The notes beneath the pieces were generated by a model that saw only the letters and a program-made list of their open reading frames with translations, did not search any database and had not been told where the DNA came from. The translations under genes and the position numbers were made by a program. Positions 23,716-25,397 of a stretch of DNA of 25,397 nt are shown one piece after another. Origin of the DNA: a virus (Duplodnaviria > Caudoviricetes). Every line of letters starts with the position of its first letter. The stretch's first letter is position 1. Location of the stretch: the IMG/VR virus record IMGVR_UViG_3300009684_000159, positions 1-25,397 of that record; one strand, written 5' to 3'.

Positions 23716-24085
23716 ATTTTAATTCCATATTTAAACGCTTAATACTTAAGCTTGCCCAAAGGTTCAGATCGGAGTGAGCGCAAGTATCCAACATGAATTT
23801 TTACATTCATTTGAATACTAGCAAAAACATACTTATCTTGCCCAATAGGACGAGTCGTCGTTTTGCGATGAAAACAAAATGCAATCAGTTTTCACATAAC
23901 CAGACTTACGACCTTGCATGGCCTAACGTTCGCGCTCTAGTTCGAGGTATCACACGCTTGCCGCTTTGAACTACCGATGGCGGCTAAGATCTTTGCCCGT
24001 TGTTTGAGATGTCCAACAAAGAAATTTTTACTTATTGAAATCCTGAATCTTTAGATGTAATCTGAGTTCAGGTTTTTTTTAAGCA
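23716..24085 (-). ncRNA. Candidate structured RNA / long 5' leader (alternatively a structured replication origin)
   Basis: No ORF of 60 aa or more; lies downstream of a leftward promoter; dense in hairpins (23737-23751, 23783-23819, 23869-23894, 23935-23946, 23960-23984, 24042-24072). Confidence 0.45.
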
Positions 24086-24090
24086 ATCAA

Positions 24091-24119
24091 ATCTTATACT
24101 CGCCCGCTGGAAGTTGCAA
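24091..24119 (-). promoter_or_regulatory. Leftward sigma70-like promoter
   Basis: Minus strand TTGCAA-N17-TAAGAT. Confidence 0.65.
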
Positions 24120-24173
24120 GTAATTTGTTACCAAAGGCGGGCGCAGCATTTTTAAAAGCTATTCATTTTTGTC

Positions 24174-24202
24174 TTGCATTAAATTTCACCTTGATTTACA
24201 TT
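24174..24202 (+). promoter_or_regulatory. Rightward sigma70-like promoter
   Basis: TTGCAT-N17-TACATT, just upstream of the aaggag RBS of the exonuclease gene. Confidence 0.65.
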
Positions 24203-24222
24203 GAGCGCAAGGAGAACCACAA

Positions 24223-25095
24223 ATGCAAAAAATACAATTAATTCAAGGCAGTAAAGAATGGCTAGACTATCGACTCAATGGGGTTGGTGGCTCAGAGGTT
24301 GCGGCAATCGCTGGGATTAACGGGGCGTTCAATAAACGATCTGACGTGTTAGCTAACAAAAACGGTCAAGTAAAAGAAATATCAGACTTTCAGCGTAAAC
24401 TATTTCGTGATGGTCATGAATGGGAAGCCGTTGTGAGAGCGACAAGTTTTGAGACTTTTATTCCTGACGTTGTAGCACGAGATGATAACCCGCGTTTATT
24501 TGCTTCACTTGATGGAATCGACTACGATAAAAAAACAATATTAGAAATTAAAAGCGTTTTAAATAAACCTAAATTTGTTGAGTACACAGATAAGCCACCC
24601 GCGCATTATATTGCGCAAGTTCAATGGCAGTTATTTGTCACTGGGTATGAGTGCGCATTTTTAGCGTTCGTTCATGATGGAATGGTGAACGTCACCATTG
24701 TAAGACCCGACATTGATTTGCAAAATAGATTACACGCTTGCGCCATTGAGTTCTTGCAAGAGCTTGATGCAATTAGAAATGGAAGCGCACCCGCACCCGT
24801 ACAAACACTTTCAACGCACGAAATGAGTCGCATCGCTTATCTTAAAAAAACAAGAGAAGAGATGAAGATTCAAATTGATATGATTGAAGAAGAAATTTCA
24901 GGCATTGCTGAAAAGCTTATGAGTGAAACTAAAGCGACAAAATTAGAGAGTGATGAAATTACTATTTCTTATCTTGAGCGAGTGGGAACGATTGATTATA
25001 AAAAAATCCCTGAAGTTCAAAAATTACATGATTCTTACTTGCAAAGTTTCAGAGGTAAGGGTAGTAAATCAATACAAGTAAAATTAAAAAAATAA
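24223..25095 (+). CDS. YqaJ-like viral recombination exonuclease (lambda exonuclease family)
   Basis: 'QGSKEWLDYR..GVGGSE', 'GHEWE', 'ASLDG', 'LEIK' and 'YIAQVQWQL' motifs. Confidence 0.93.
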   Translation: MQKIQLIQGSKEWLDYRLNGVGGSEVAAIAGINGAFNKRSDVLANKNGQVKEISDFQRKLFRDGHEWEAVVRATSFETFIPDVVARDDNPRLFASLDGIDYDKKTILEIKSVLNKPKFVEYTDKPPAHYIAQVQWQLFVTGYECAFLAFVHDGMVNVTIVRPDIDLQNRLHACAIEFLQELDAIRNGSAPAPVQTLSTHEMSRIAYLKKTREEMKIQIDMIEEEISGIAEKLMSETKATKLESDEITISYLERVGTIDYKKIPEVQKLHDSYLQSFRGKGSKSIQVKLKK

Positions 25096-25105
25096 GGAGA
25101 ACCAC

Positions 25106-25397
25106 ATGAATACTTTTACGACAAACAAAGGCACAGAGCTTCCGATCTTAAATTTAAAAGGCAAAGATTATTTGCAAGTAGCGCATAGACTAGTATGGTT
25201 TCGCGAAGAGTGCCCACGATATCGCATCGAGACTGAGTTCGCGCAATTAACTGATAAATACGCATTCGCGAAAGCTACAATTAAAAACGATTTAGGCGAG
25301 ATCATGGCGACCGCTCATAAGCGTGAAGACGCTGGGCACTTTGGAGATTATGCAGAAAAAGCGGAAACGGGAGCTATTGGCCGCGCTCTTGCTTATT
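25106..25397 (+). CDS. Single-strand annealing protein (Rad52/Sak-like), 3' truncated
   Basis: Manual translation MNTFTTNKGTELPILNLKGKDYLQVAHRLVWFREE...AEKAETGAIGRALAY; RBS aaggag; exonuclease-SSAP synteny. Absent from the ORF track because it runs off the window. Confidence 0.75.
   Translation, partial: MNTFTTNKGTELPILNLKGKDYLQVAHRLVWFREECPRYRIETEFAQLTDKYAFAKATIKNDLGEIMATAHKREDAGHFGDYAEKAETGAIGRALAY

Noticed and set aside
1-25397. Stop-codon reassignment, tRNA genes, integrase/att site, contractile sheath
   Set aside because: Genes are intact under the standard code and use TAA, TGA and TAG as stops. No cloverleaf, integrase or sheath-like gene was seen, so lifestyle cannot be determined from this window.

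Overview
A 25.4 kb slice of a tailed dsDNA phage (or prophage), siphovirus-like, standard genetic code, roughly 40% GC by eye. The + strand from 1 to 18456 is a nearly contiguous morphogenesis and lysis operon: portal (5' truncated), small protein, protease-scaffold fusion, decoration protein, major capsid, neck proteins, tail tube, frameshifted tail chaperone pair, tape measure, distal tail protein, C1q-tipped fibre plus chaperone, hub, M15 endolysin and holin/spanin-like genes. The - strand from about 18440 to 23715 is an accessory/early block: metallophosphoesterase, two zinc metalloproteases, small paralogous ORFs, an Sm-like gene coupled to a (Trp/Gly/Arg-Ser)n peptide, a PD-(D/E)XK-like protein, an RHH regulator, SSB and HNH. 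A 507 bp noncoding region with divergent sigma70-type promoters then precedes a YqaJ exonuclease and an SSAP recombinase (3' truncated). The most notable unexplained signals are (i) a ~370 nt multi-hairpin leader upstream of the HNH gene with a predicted kissing loop, (ii) the Sm-like/X-Ser repeat gene pair, and (iii) two apparently leaderless hydrolase genes whose promoters share a 17 bp palindrome. All functional calls come from motifs and synteny read by eye; no database searches were run.
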